A stretch of DNA of 64,000 nucleotides, taken from NCBI GenBank assembly GCA_024137785.1, contig JAHRHZ010000082.1, positions 9,202,052 through 9,266,051 on the forward strand. Reading direction: 5' to 3'. The translations under genes were made by a program, and so were the position numbers. The notes under the pieces were generated by a model. That model saw only the letters and a list, made by a program, of their open reading frames with translations, searched no databases and had not been told where the DNA came from. Origin of the DNA: Ginglymostoma cirratum. Lineage: Eukaryota. Position 1 is the stretch's first letter, and every line of letters begins with the position of its first letter. Positions 12,861 through 25,968 of the stretch are shown here, one piece after another.

Positions 12861-15751
12861 CTAACGTGATTAGTCTGTTTATGCTCTGCTTTGTTTGGAA
12901 TTGTTCACTATCCTTCTGTCTTTGTTGTTTTGTTTTAATTTTAGAAATGTGTAATGGGGTGGGAACTGTCATGCTTGCTGCATCTTTAGAGATTGCATTT
13001 TCCTGGAATGTAATTTTTGGATGCATTTTATGTGTAATACAATTGGGGACTAAAATAGAATTAAACAATTCAAAAATAGCAAGTAAATAAAGCCTCAACA
13101 AAATGATGAAGAGGGAAATTGGCCCCACAATCAAAATGCAGATGAGCGATTCAAGAGACATGACAACTAGAAGAATTATGACACTTACATGAAAAATAAT
13201 TTAACAGGGTGCGCTTCATTGAGGGGAAATAGGAGGAGCTGATCCATCAAGTAAAACTCCATTGTTTTTCCTCAGTACTAGAGTTGAGAAAATATATATT
13301 TTCTGATTATTTTAAGCTTGGATTTCCTTCTAACATTATTAAACCTCTTTAACAGATGTAAGAGATTGCATTTTATTAAAATAAAACTCTCACTAATCTC
13401 CCTTGACATGTTTGTGCTTTGGGGAATAACATAACCCTTGCAGACTTTGCTCTGTTCTCTCTTACACTATCTTCATGTAAGAGAGTTCTATATCATCCCT
13501 GATGGTTATCCATTGTTAGTGGGTCCTAAATGGGATGGAGGAAAGTGCATTAAACTGCACCTGAACAATTTGTGTAAACAAGTCAAACAGAATAACGACT
13601 TTGAAGAAGCAGGCATAATAAAAATAACTTAAATCTGACCAACTATGTATTGATAGCAGTCTTTAATTAAACCCAGGGTTCATAACCTGAAGGGTTAATA
13701 TTGTTTCTGCATGTTGACTATTTCCAAAGCTTCATGTATGAAGCTGGGTTTGAGGCTTCAGTCTGTCCAGGCCACCTGTTTAATAAGAGTTATAATTATT
13801 TGATCATTCATCAGCCAGTGAAGGAATCTGGAAAGAAGATTGATTTCTGTTGGCAAGGTTGACGTCAGAGGTATTTTTCACATTTGATTTCAAGTGTAAA
13901 TACCAAGGCAGATGCAAAAGCCAGCTGCCCTGGCACAGCTTCTCTTTATTCCAAAGGAACTGAATGCCAGCGAGCTTTTCCCTCTTGATGCCTAGTGCTC
14001 ACAATGATCACTTTAAAAATGACTCTCAATTTGGGTCTGCTGATTGCTAAATAGAAGAAGCTGGAGGTGTCTCTTGCTCAGGCGTTGTGGGATACGATTG
14101 AATAAAAGGTTCATGTTTTTTGCAACTGTCCCCTGAGTGGGGAATTTGAAGGTTTCTCCCTGGGGTCAAAATAGTTTGGGTCAGGTGTCAGCATGGGAGC
14201 TTCGTGAATGGATGGAGATTTCTGTGAGGCCAGTGCAAATGTTAATACCTCTGTCAAGATCATTTAAAAGCCTCTTTCTTCCTTCTTGCTTTGTTCAGCT
14301 GTCTATGTTACTGTTTTACTGGTGATCATCAGAACGTGGTGGCAAAGGATGTGTTATTTTGGGCTCTGGGTACCACCATCCACAGGTGGCCTGTTGTTGA
14401 GGTAGGTTTCCATCACCAATTTGCTATTCTGAGTCCAAGAGCTGTTGTAATATCAATGATAGAGGATAAATCACAATAGAGTCTTAATAAGAGGAGGGAC
14501 TTGCTTTATATAACGTGGTATAGGTTACTTTTATGATAGCAATTGGAATAATTAATTAGTTAGGCATAATTACAACCATCAGGAGTCTGGTATGTCATGT
14601 CTGCTTCCATTGGACAAGGCTAACTGTTCCACAATGCAAAGACTTCATGACATCATCAGACTGAGTGAAGTTAATGCAACATTATCATTAGCCATCTCCG
14701 GACCATTACCTTGCACAACAGGATGCCAGTGGTGGGATAGGGTATTGAGCACGTTGTTAGGGTTGCTGACCATTATTAGTCTGTGTAGGCATGGGGGAAT
14801 TATCTACTCAATCTAGCACAGCCAAATGCTGCTATTGCCAAAGGAATCGACTGTTGACGATTTACAAAATGGTTGATTGCTCCCATTCTGTGTGCTGAAA
14901 GTGGCCAATTGATGAGGGGATGTAAAACATTAGTTTTCTATTTGTGGCATTTGTGGATTTCTAACTTGCATTCAGCAATATGCTTTTATTATTAGCTTTC
15001 CTGGACTTTCCCTGTTTAACTGCTACCAGATGTCTATAATAGACTGAAATACAGCTACAGTTTAATATGAGTATGTGCACCAGCACATCATCTAGTGGTA
15101 GAAAGAGTTGTCCTCACTTGTATTATTTTATCAAAAATTGAGACAGAGCTGTCAAGGTCAAAATATTTTTCAGGAAAAAAATGATTTGATGTCCTCTGTA
15201 ATATTTGAAGTTTAGAATAATGTGACAATTGTTATGTCATTTCCTAATTCTGTTCTGATGTGATAACAGATGTGATTATATTTTATTTCATCATCTTGGC
15301 GCTTTAATAACATTCCCCAGAAGTCACAAAATCATCACATTTTTTACACTCCACAATGGCCTGCTTTCTTCAGTGTATTTACAACATACTTTTGGCTACT
15401 CGAATCCCAAAAGAATTTTGTTAGTAGAAGTTCTGATGTGTGAACAGTGTACTTGAAACCCCAAAGTAACAAGAGAATTTCTTTGAAATAAAAAGACACA
15501 ATGCATTTTATTTCTTATTGAATCAGAATGAGATGTTACTCCAAAATGGAGTTTGGGCAATGGACTCAAATGGTCAGGTGCTAATTGAATTTCAGTAATA
15601 TAAGCATATGGGAAATGCAATGACAAATATTTTCCTCCTGAACCATTTCTGATTTTCCTAAGCAATACTGTAGAGTTAGCACACACTTTGATTTTCTGTC
15701 ACTGTGCAGGTATTGTTTTAAGTTTGTTTTGACTTGTAATGTCTGCGTGTA

Positions 15752-16114
15752 TTTTTTCTTCTTTATTCATTCACAGGTTGAGGGTGTCACCGGCTAGGCA
15801 GCATTTATTGCCCATTCCAAATTGCCTAGAAGGCAGTTAAGAGTCAACCACATTGCTGTGGGTCTGGAGTCACATGTAGGCCAGACCAGGTAAGGATGGC
15901 AGTTTCCTTCCCTAAAGGACATTTGTGAACCAAGTGGGTTTTTCCAACAATTGACAATGGATTCACGGTCATCATTAGATTCTTAATTCCAGATGTTTTA
16001 TTGAATTCAAATTCCACCATCTGTGGAGGCGGGATTTGAATCCAGGTCCCCAGAACATTAACTGGGTCTCTGGATTAACAGTCCAGCGATAATATCACTA
16101 GGCCATCGCCTCCC
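15752..16114 (-). mobile_element. tRNA-derived SINE, near full length
   Basis: Minus head GGGAGGCGATGGCCTAGTGA (A-box) ... GGATTCAAATCCC (B-box); tail ...GTGAATGAATAAAGAAG; related copies at 12533, 37681 and 57865. Confidence 0.85.
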
Positions 16115-17078
16115 ATAATCACATCTTAGCTGTTCATTTGAGAGATAATATTAGAAAAATATGGGCAAAGGACTGTCCCCTCCTTTGAAATGGTGCCTAC
16201 AGATAGGGACGTGGTTCGATGTCTTGATCAAAAGACAGACTCAAGTGAAATAAAACTCTTTTTCTTTGTTTTAAGCTCAATTGTGTTGAATGGGATTTAA
16301 ATCCTCAACTTCCTTCTGCAGGAGAGCTATAATTGAGTCTATAGGCTAATCGAGGCACATCTGTGTGTAGACCAATGTTGGTCCCTTATTACAGTTGGTA
16401 CTGTAATGAGAAATATTGATATAATTATGACTGGCAAGTGTTTGCATGATCTGTAACATTGTTGTATTTTGAGACTATTTTAGGTGTTACTTTTTAATTT
16501 AATTGCTCTGGTAACAAAGGCAAAGAGAGATATTTTTCATTAACATCTGCATAATTAAAAAGATCCTTTCGAAAAGTGTTTTATTTTACGCACAGAATTC
16601 CTCTTGGTGTGGTTAACAGACTGTAAATCCCAGCTGTTACTTGTGTTTATTCAGGAACACAAACAAAAATAAGCTGTTGTCAATCTGCCTTGTTAAATGA
16701 GACTGTGAAAGGTGATGGTGCTTCACTAATCCCCTTTCACTATTCATTAAGCACATCCATTCCATTGCTAATCCTAACACATTGCTGACAGCAGAAACTA
16801 CCTCAACAAACAAGTGCTGGGATTTCTGTCACAGCTCAGCAGAGACAAGCTGGGCATCTGTTTGTCAAACTGTCCACAGTCACTGACTGGGTGAGGTCTG
16901 AGGCCATATTGTGCTCAACTTAGCTCTACCTCATACCGATATGTTTAATCCTTATTTGTAGCTTTGCTGAGGATGAACCACTTCCAATTTCAGCAACATT
17001 AACTTATAAAGAAACCTGAAAGGGTATTTTTTGTTGTTTTAAACTCTTGAGGAAAGACTTAAGAAGGACTTAAGAGTT

Positions 17079-17310
17079 AACTTTTTCACACAGCGTCTGG
17101 TGCATGTATGGAATGAGCTGCCAGAGGAGGTGGTGGAGGCTGGTACAATTGCAACATTTAAAATGCATCTGGATAGGTCTATGAATAGGAAGAGTATAGA
17201 GAGATACGGGTCAAATGCTGGCCAATGGGACTAGGTCGGGTTGGTCATCACAAGCAAGTTGGACCAAAAGGTCTGTTTCTGTGCTGTACAACTCTATGAC
17301 ATTATGACTC
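17079..17310 (+). mobile_element. CR1/HER1 LINE 3' end
   Basis: TTTTTCACACAG..GTATGGAATGAGCTGCCAGAGGAGGTGGTGGAGGC (FFTQR..WNELPEEVVEA), ending in CTCTATGA-type repeats; very similar to 39808-40167. Confidence 0.9.
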
Positions 17311-17689
17311 TTGATTTCTAAATAGGAAATTATTTAGACTTTTAATCATTTCGACCCTTATAAAAGGCAAGAATGATAAGATATGAGTCGTGTTGCTTTC
17401 TTTCGGTGATTTTGCCTGATTTGCTTATATCAACTGGAGGATCTTTCTTTACAATGATGTCTGACACAAAGATCATAAAACAGACTTTGCATTTTTTCAA
17501 AAATAGGTGGGGCATAGATAGTGACCTTGGGTAATATAGTTGCCATCTAGCCAACGCCAATTGGAATCTCCTTTCGGTATGCCCTGTTTCTTTTTGTCGC
17601 CCACCCCCAGTATTCTTACTTCTGATTTTCAAAATTGTGGTTTTGAATTGTAGCCGAAGTTGAATATATAATTTTAGCAGATGTTCAAT

Positions 17690-17925
17690 GAAATACTGAA
17701 GGAGTGCTGCATTGCAGAATATATCAACCCTTCAATCTGATCGAACAGAACAGAAAGAGTTTCTCCTGGTGTCTTGGCTCATACAGTTTTGCAACCACAC
17801 CTACCAGAAAGCAGATTTAATGAGGCACTTAACTGCCTATCGTTTGGCTACCTTTGGGACATTGTGTAGAATTGATGCTACATTTGATATGAAATAGCAC
17901 ATGGTGTTGATAGTTCGGGACATCA
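17690..17925 (+). mobile_element. DeuSINE fragment
   Basis: TACTGAAGGAGTGCTGCATTG, GAGTTTCTCCTGGTGTCTTGGC and AAAGCAGATT Deu-domain remnants. Confidence 0.5.
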
Positions 17926-18075
17926 TCGACATGCACAAGCAAGACAAGGGAGCAGCAGACAGAATTGTCAAGGGTACTGGGTAAGTTAAAGGCTATAGGG
18001 TAGCAATCAATGCTGCAGGATCTTACTCCCTCAGGCCCTGTCCATGGACAGGTTGCCAACTGCCAGTGAAAACTG

Positions 18076-18261
18076 GGTGCAGAATTCTCAGAATCTACCG
18101 GATACACACAAAGACTTACTCAGCACCAATGGCATGGCAACAGGGCGATGAGGGACCCCAATGTTGATCCAGGTGCCTTGAGTCGGGCACCTCATTTGAT
18201 TTTCCTCCAACTTGCCCACCATAGCCTGTGCACACTGTTCAGGTTCTGGGAAGATTCTACC
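18076..18261. mobile_element. Possible ancient MITE (~185 bp)
   Basis: Imperfect terminal inverted repeats: GGTGCAGAATTCTCAGAATC at left versus GGTAGAATCTTCCCAGAACC (reverse complement of right end). Confidence 0.3.
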
Positions 18262-20329
18262 TTATGATTCTGAAGAGGTCAATGTTCATATTACATTTGG
18301 CCCCACCCATTCTATTGATGTCACACCCAGTGTGTAGTTGTAGGCAAGGCGTTCTAGAGCTTTCAGAGATTGCTGGTAATAATACATCTGCTCTGTAAGG
18401 TCCTAGTAATTATACTTGACAAAGCATAGTTGTCCTTGTCACTGACATGTAATAAATTTACTTGTTATTCCACATACAATGCTTCTGCTGTAAATTCTCT
18501 ATGGTTATGTATCCACTACCATTAATTATTATATACATAAAGACATAGGAGGATTGGTGGCTGTGAACTATTTTAAACAACTCCTACATTATCTCACACA
18601 CTGGTAAAGGTACCAAATACAGCAAGGTACCAGGAATGGTCATCTGGGAGAAGTACCCACGTTTTATCAACTAAATTGGTTCTCTCCCTCTCCTTGCTCC
18701 TGTTTTTCTTTCTTTGTCCACCCTGTTCTACTTCCTGCATTTTTTTTATTTCTGAAGTTTGAATAGTTCGTTAATCTTTTGTCAAATTATTTGCTAGTAA
18801 TGCATTGAACAAAATGCCCTTCTCTCTGCAGATTGATTTCATTCATCTCACACTTGAAGGTAGCTTAGGCTGAAATATCTCAACAAGGGTGTTAACTAAC
18901 TAAGAGATGTCTCATTGTAGCATTGCTAAAGTAACTCTAACAGGAAGCCAGGAGGCAGGGCTCATTTTGATGTATTTCTTGATTGCCTCTTGGGTTATGA
19001 TTGGGTTGGAAATAATTAACTTAGCCATAAAATAATGGACAACCACAGGTTAATATTGTAACAAAAGGCAGTGAGACCTGGACAGAGACATCTTTGCAGC
19101 AGGAAATGGTAAGAGTTGGTGCTATGCAGGTCTGAGATGAGTCAGGACGTCGCACATTCTTACAGCATCACTGATTCAGAAAGAGTAGTTAATTTTTTTT
19201 TCTTTTGTCTGCTTTTAATAGTGTCTGGATAATCTGTCAATATTTTGGAACATAAACTTAAAGCTTCACTTTGTCTGCTTTTAGAGACTGCCATTTATTT
19301 TTGAAAAAGGAAAATTGTTTCAGTATATCTAATTTTTTATTTAAAAAAATCTGCTTCATTCATTGAATGGAAATGTAATTGATGCTACTGTTTAACTTTA
19401 CAAGAAAACTCCAAAGTATGATCTTGGCAATACCACTTCCAACAGAGATACAGATCATACGCAAATGAACTCAAGACCCTTTGGCTTGCTTTAGTGGTAG
19501 CTTGAACACACTCAGACTGGCTCCAGTTGGTCCCAGGCCACAATCAGGCAGTTATAGGGGCTACTAAAATAATCATGCTTTTCATTAAGTACAATGGGTC
19601 TGTGAATAGTCTAATTGTGCACATGATTTTTCCAGTTTGATAATTTTACCGGTAAATTTCTCAGCCTGAGGTGAATGGCCGTGATTCAAAAATGATGGAT
19701 TAATCTGCATCCTTTTTTCAACCCTTCTGTTTCCCTTTTATTATTTACAAGCTTGTTAACCATTTGCAGCCAAGCTATAAAATAAACACTAACACTCCAG
19801 ATTACTTCAGCTACCCCAACATGCCTCGCATGTGTTTTTGAGAGACATTTTAAAAACCATGCAACAGAAGTCAATAGGGTCAATCACAGCTGTGACTTCA
19901 TGTGACAAACGGCTGCATGCTGAGGGAACGTGAGGCATTTTTGAAAAACAAGAAGGTACTATGTATACATTTGCTTATCAGATTCCAGGAAGTTCTATAT
20001 TTAAACAACAAAACTATTAGCACGGCAATCAGCTCCTTAGAATTATTATATTATTGAGCAGGATGTGTTTCAGGTGTTTTTTGAAACATACTGCTTGATC
20101 CAAGTGGATTAACTAGTTACAATTTGCATATCTGACTAGAATTGTGTGGAACAATGATTCTGAAAGAGGGGCATAAAGATTAATTCAACAGAGGTTAGGG
20201 ATCTCTTTTGGGAGCTCCAGTCAGGACATGGGCATTTTCGCTATCGTTCTTCCTTCTCTCCCATGGTAACTACTACATATCCTTTGTGAGGTTTTCCTCA
20301 AGCTGTGTACTGACTGTCAGCAGCATTTT

Positions 20330-20635
20330 TAGCCAGCAATTATGAATCCCTTCTCTGCACAGTCAGTCGGTTAATTTCCTTTGCTGCTTTATTTGCTCAG
20401 TTAGTTAAACTCCACTTCTCTAGGTAATTAGGTCAGTTATAACCCTCCATGAAAGTTTAGTCAATTCACGAGTTATAAATCCATCTAGCCAATTATTTAG
20501 TTATGACCCTTTTGCTCAAAGCGTGATTCATTCTGTTATAACTTGCCTGCAAACAGCCAGTCAGTTGGAACTGATTTTTGAGCACAATTTCCGATTAATT
20601 TAGTTTTAATTCCCTAAGGTTTATAATCTTACTTT
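20330..20635. repeat. Degenerate minisatellite, period ~30-37 bp
   Basis: Recurrent (C/T)AGTTATAACCC-like core at about 20335, 20366, 20400, 20433, 20470, 20498, 20533, 20562 and 20600. Confidence 0.5.
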
Positions 20636-21294
20636 GTATCTCACTATAGATGCTTCTCATAGGCAATCATTCAGTTCAATGTTGAAATCATTTAATTGAT
20701 TTGAGGGAAACAATTCAATTTTATATTTGGAAAGGGTTAAAATGGAGTTTGCATTATTTCTTTATGCTGAATCAGATCAACATAAACCATGGATAAAATG
20801 TCAGTAGCGGAAATGTTGGTCCCTCAGTCAAAGATTTCCAGTTTGAAATCTGTAGGTACACTGTTTGAAAATTGGTAGTGATGACAAATGCTCACACATG
20901 ACTTGGTAATGCTTAGCTTTCCTCAGGAGTGCGAGAAGAGATGTGCATGTGGTTCACAGAATTTGAAGATTTTTACAAGGGGTGTTTAAAATATTTTCTC
21001 AACCACTGATAAAAAATGACAGTTTTTTTTTGTTCAAGTGCCATTAAAACACATCTGAGCTTTTTTTGACAATCTGTATTCATTCATCACAAAGTAAGTT
21101 ATTTTAACTGCAGCTGAGCCAGTGTTAACTTATCTAATCAGGGTAATTTCACGAAGAATTTGTAAGTTGTAATAATTTAGAAGTCAATTATCTATTCAAT
21201 GGACCTTCTAGAATTCATTCCTTGAATATCCTTTCTACTTCCTCAAATTAATTTTATTACAGTAATGCAGCACATTTTTTTCATTTCTCTTTGA

Positions 21295-22285
21295 GGTAAC
21301 AACAGAGACAATTGATATGATACTCATAGACTTCCAAAAGATGTTTGATAGAAGTGCCATATAATCAGCTTGCTAGTAAAATTGAAGCAATGGATGCGAA
21401 AGGGAGAGTGGTAGCATATGTACAAAGTTGTCTGGCTGATAGGAAACAGAGTTGTGGTGAGTGGTTTTGTTTCAGACTTGAGGAAAGTGCAAAATAGCAT
21501 TCACCAGGATTTAAGTGATCTACCTTAAAGATTTAGACACAATCTCAGAATTTTCAGATTTCGCGAAACTTGGAAGCATTTTGAACTGTGAGGAGGATAG
21601 TGATAAATTTCATCTGTCATGTGTTTCCCTATTCCACCAGCCTATGTCCCCTTGAAATCCAAGGTAGAGAATGTGGAGTGATATATTTTCGTTGGAAGAA
21701 TGAGGAGAGACAATATTAGAGAAAGAAGTCCATTTTAGGTGGGGCACAGAAGCTAAAGGATCAGGGACAAGAAGGGAGAGGGGAAGGAGTGGAGAAGAAT
21801 CAATATATATAAAAACCAAAAGAAATATGGATGCTATAAATCAGAAGTAAAAATAAAAATTGCTGGAAAAACTCAGCAGGTCTGGCAGCATCTGCGGAGA
21901 GAGATCGGAGTTGAGAGCCACTGGACCCAAAACATAAACTCTGATTTCTCTCCACAGATGCTGCCAGACCTGCTGAGATTTTCCAGCAATTTCTGTTTTT
22001 GAATCAATATTTGTACATGAATTGCTATATGTGGCAGGAAAGGTTAGAAAATAGTTAAAAGGGCAGGAAAGTTACACTGAACCTCAACGAAACACTGGTT
22101 CACCTTTGATACGTGTCCAATTCTGGGCATCACTTTAGGAAGAAAGGAAAATTAAATAATTATTCGAGGTAAAATTGACAGTTACAGGGAAAGAGTAGGG
22201 AATTGGGACAACCTCAGTTTGTTTGGTGGACAACCAACACTGATGACAGGTCAAATGGCGTTTCTTCTCTGCTATAACTATTCTG
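21295..22285 (+). mobile_element. Old CR1 LINE RT/3' fragment with internal deletions, interrupted by a PLE hairpin insertion
   Basis: ATAGACTTCCAAAAGATGTTTGATA (DFQKAFD-like), GTGTCCAATTCTGG (CVQFW) and 3' tail GGTCAAATGGCGTTTCTTCTCTGCTATAACTATTCT. Confidence 0.8.
21807..22000. mobile_element. 194-bp palindromic PLE-terminus insertion with 10-bp TSD
   Basis: TSD GAATCAATAT at 21797-21806 and 22001-22010; inverted arms ~21850-21912 and 21937-22000; loop holds GGACCCAAAAC, a decayed CCCGAAAC. Confidence 0.8.
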
Positions 22286-23174
22286 ATATTTTTCATCTAT
22301 TTTCTCCTTTTTGGTCTGTGTGGTTTGAGATCATGTTTGGACGGCTGCAGTTTTCAGAAGGGTTACTTTGTTTCTGCTCCTGCTGTCTGATGATGCAGTG
22401 CTCTTGCGTTGTAACTTTGCACCTTTCAGCCCGGTCAAGGATCTGAGTAGTTCACCCTTCAAGTCCATTTAAAAAAATGCAGTTAAAATTCAGAATTGAA
22501 ATCTGTTGAAACAAAGTGGCGAGCTGCCATAACTTTGTTTGTTCTAAACTAATTTATTCTTTATTGAAACATGGTCCCTCCTTTCATTTAACACCACCTT
22601 TCTTTCAAACTTTGAGTCATTTAGTGATCTTATATTGTTCTGACCTTACAATGAAGTCTATTTTAGTTCGGAAACAGCGTATGAATTTACCGAGTAAAAA
22701 CTCTGCAACAGGAGAAGTTCAATGCTGAACATGAGTTTTATCGCTGAGAGATAAATGGCTTTGCACTTCATAAGACTGACATTTTGTCTGTTTCTTAATT
22801 TGGTTAAGACCCACTTTCATGTCATCTACTTCTCTTTTGACACTGCGTGCTGTGCTTTAATCTCTGACAGTCTGATTCCATCCAGACTACAAAGGTCAGT
22901 GCAAAGGGCACTTTTCCTGTTGTAATGGTAGAAGAAGATCCAAAATAAACCCATTAGTCAGAAGATTTAGGCTGGTGCAAAATGTCAAAAATCTTTCCAG
23001 TTTTCTCACTTGACCTGGTGGAAGAACAAGAACAAGGCAGTCATTTCCAACCACATTGTCACTCCACTAGATAAATGGAAAAGTTATTTTTGAATCTAAG
23101 CTAATTGAGGTAGAGATCACCAAAAAGATCTTTGGGACAAGAATCATTCCATATGTTTGGGATCTGGCAACATG

Positions 23175-23400
23175 CTGAGCTTGCATTCCAGAGGCCTGGA
23201 TGAACACATCTGAGACATGAGTTCAAATCCGACCAGTAACAATGATTGTGAAACTACTGGATTGTCAGAAAAACCAATACAGTATGCACTTGCCCCTCTG
23301 GGAGCAAATCTGCCATGTCCAGCCTAAATCTAACTCCAGACCCACAACAATGTGGTTGACATTTAACTGCCCTCTGAAATGGCCTACCAAGCCACACAAT
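23175..23400 (+). mobile_element. Internally deleted SINE of the 15752/37681 family
   Basis: B-box GAGTTCAAATCC and CTCCAGACCCACAACAATGTGGTTGACATTTAACTGCCCTCTG. Confidence 0.6.
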
Positions 23401-23714
23401 TGTAACCTTTACGGTTTTCTATGATTATTATGTTTGTTCTTAGCACACTGTGAAACCATATGGAAAGGGAAGCTTAGAATGTTGTTGCCCATCTCTAGAA
23501 AGAGAATAGAGTGTTTTAATCCGTCACTTCAGGAAAGTGCAGTAACGTCTTTAAGTGAATAGTTCCGAGGTTCTAAAATTTAGAAGAAAATGTGTAGTTT
23601 TAAGTATTGGTTGCTACACTACAAATTCTTGAAAGAATGATACTTATCGTAAGTTTTCACTTTTTATCGTTTTATATCTTTAGACTCAAACTGACAGATG
23701 CCTTACTATAATCT

Positions 23715-24030
23715 GAGTTTTTATACAGTGCTTCAGAAGCGCTGCATTTTCATAAGGTTTTCCTTCTGAATGAGACACTAAACCAAACTCCCTTTTGTCT
23801 ACTCGGGTGAATATTAAATATTCCATGGCAATATTGAAACAGGGGGGAAGAGAATTCAATTTTGCTACTCATCATTTACTCATTCGTCCCTTGAACAAGA
23901 TTACTAAAATAGATTAACACATCATTTATTCTTATATTTGTGGGCCTCTATTGTGCTCAAATTGGCAGCTCTGTTTTTCTACATAACAGCACGTACACTT
24001 CAAGCATATCTGTGAAGAATTTTGGGATGT
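23715..24030 (+). mobile_element. DeuSINE
   Basis: GAATGAGACACTAAACC, CCATGGCAATATT, CTAAAATAGATTA, CAAATTGGCAGCTCTGTTTTCTACAT and TTTGGGATGT. Confidence 0.65.
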
Positions 24031-24729
24031 TCCATCTTCGCCACCAGTATTTCCCAGTGGTTAACATGAGGCCATAGAGGGTGACCAATGTTTTATTTTC
24101 TTCCCTTCTCCTAAGATGTAACATCTCACTGGTCGTTCTGCCTCTGCCAAGAACTGACAGGAACCATTCATGGCGAAACTAAGTATTTCAAATGAGTGTC
24201 TTTTTTGGGAGTCAGCAGCAAACAAAATGTTCCTAATATCATGCTGCTGGACCTAATAGTCATGGGGACATAATTTTCCTTATACAAAATAAAAATATTT
24301 TTCACTTTCCTCATGGAATTTCCATCAAAGTCCTATTGACAACATTCCAGCTGTTGGAAAACTGTTTTGAGAGCTAATTTTAATGCTGTATTTTTTTATT
24401 TGATAATCTGTTTCCTTTAGAACTTCAGTACTTCATAACTGAGAGGCCAGAGTTCTATATGGCTTAAACGTTTTGACTTCAATTAAAAGAGTCAAGAGCT
24501 AGGAGGATTCTCTTTCCAGCTAAATGGTGACAGATTTGACTGTCACGTAAAACTGTCACTTTAAATACTTTGTCTAAGTTATGAATGGTTCTGTCAGTTC
24601 CTGGCAGGGCCAGAAACACGAGTGAGATGTTCCATCTTCGGAGAAAAGGAGGAAAAACAAAGATTGGTCACCCTCCTGGGCCTCTGCTAACTGACGTGAG
24701 AAATACTGGCGGTGGTTGTGGAAAACTGT

Positions 24730-25010
24730 CCCCAGAATGTCCCAAAGCACTTCACAATCATTCAATTCATTTTGAACCAACTAACTGCTGTTGTGCAGCC
24801 TAGAGCTCAGCAACTTAGTACACAACTTCCCACAAGTCATTGTGTTGATAAATGGCCAACATCCGTGTTTTAATTGATGAAACAAAGCTGAATAGGAAGC
24901 CAGGATTACTCCTCTTAGCAAGGCAAGGTGGGCCTTAATGTTTAATTGAAAGCGTAGCATCTCTGACAGTGTCGCATTCCATGAAAACTGCACTAATGTG
25001 TCCACCTAAA
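24730..25010 (-). mobile_element. DeuSINE, inverted relative to 23715-24030
   Basis: ATGTCCCAAAGCACTTCACA and GCATCTCTGACAGTGTCGCATTCC are reverse complements of DeuSINE tail and body motifs. Confidence 0.55.
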
Positions 25011-25899
25011 TTGTGGTTTAGCATCTTTCTGTCATAGCTTTATGTGTCATAGCTGGTTTTCTGTAAAATAACTGCTTAAACCTAAATTTAAATAAATTAT
25101 ATTGTCTTTCATCATTTAAATAATGCTTAGACATGAAAGATACAATATATTTCACAGAGTGGGTTTAATCAAATAGGCAGGATTAATTGAATGCAATTTA
25201 TAGGATTTATGGAATAGAATATTTTATTGTACAACATTATTACATTCCTTCTAAAACATGGATGAAGAGTGTGGCCACTGAGTGAAAGTTAGATCCTTCT
25301 TCACCCTTTTGCAGGAATGTTTTTGTTGGATACGTTTCCTAAAAACTCAGATTTATTAAATTAATCTTGAATATTCTATGCAGTGCTTATGAACTGACTA
25401 CAGTTAGTCCGTAACTGGCTTGCTGTGACTTGTCGTCTAAGGTTAGCATCAGAAATGGCTATTCCTGTTTCACTTGCCTGTGCTCTCTGCATGGGGGTGG
25501 TCCTGCCTGTCTGAAATTCAAATAATTGTAGGATGGCTTCACAGATCCTAAGCAAATCCACCTCACAATATTGTTCAAAAATGCTTTCCTTTTATAGCAG
25601 GGTTTGGTCAGATGAAGGTTGACCTGAAGCGTGTCCTATCTTAAAAGTGCAAAAAAAGAATAAAAATAAAGCAAAACAAAATCATCAGGAACAATTTTGA
25701 AGAACCTTACTGAGAGAGATGCTCTATGGAGGATGTGCATTATTCCTAAATGGTTTAAAAGAAAGAACTTTAAATACACAGAGATTTGATCACTGGAACT
25801 TTGGTTTGAAAGTCAAGAGGTTTAAACAGAAAATTAGCATTTTACCAGTAATTTGAACTTGTTAGTTTTAAGGCTGTGATTATGAGGTGCATTGTGAAA

Positions 25900-25968
25900 T
25901 AATTTGGGATTATGCTTGGCATGGACTGGTTGGACTGAAGGGTTTATTTCCGTGCTGTATGACTCTAA
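25900..25968 (+). mobile_element. Very short CR1/HER1 3' end
   Basis: GGCATGGACTGGTTGGACTGAAGGGTTTATTTCCGTGCTGTATGACTCTA. Confidence 0.7.

Noticed and set aside
20330-20635. CRISPR-like repeat-spacer pattern
   Set aside because: Core is about 12 bp and highly variable, no cas genes, vertebrate context.
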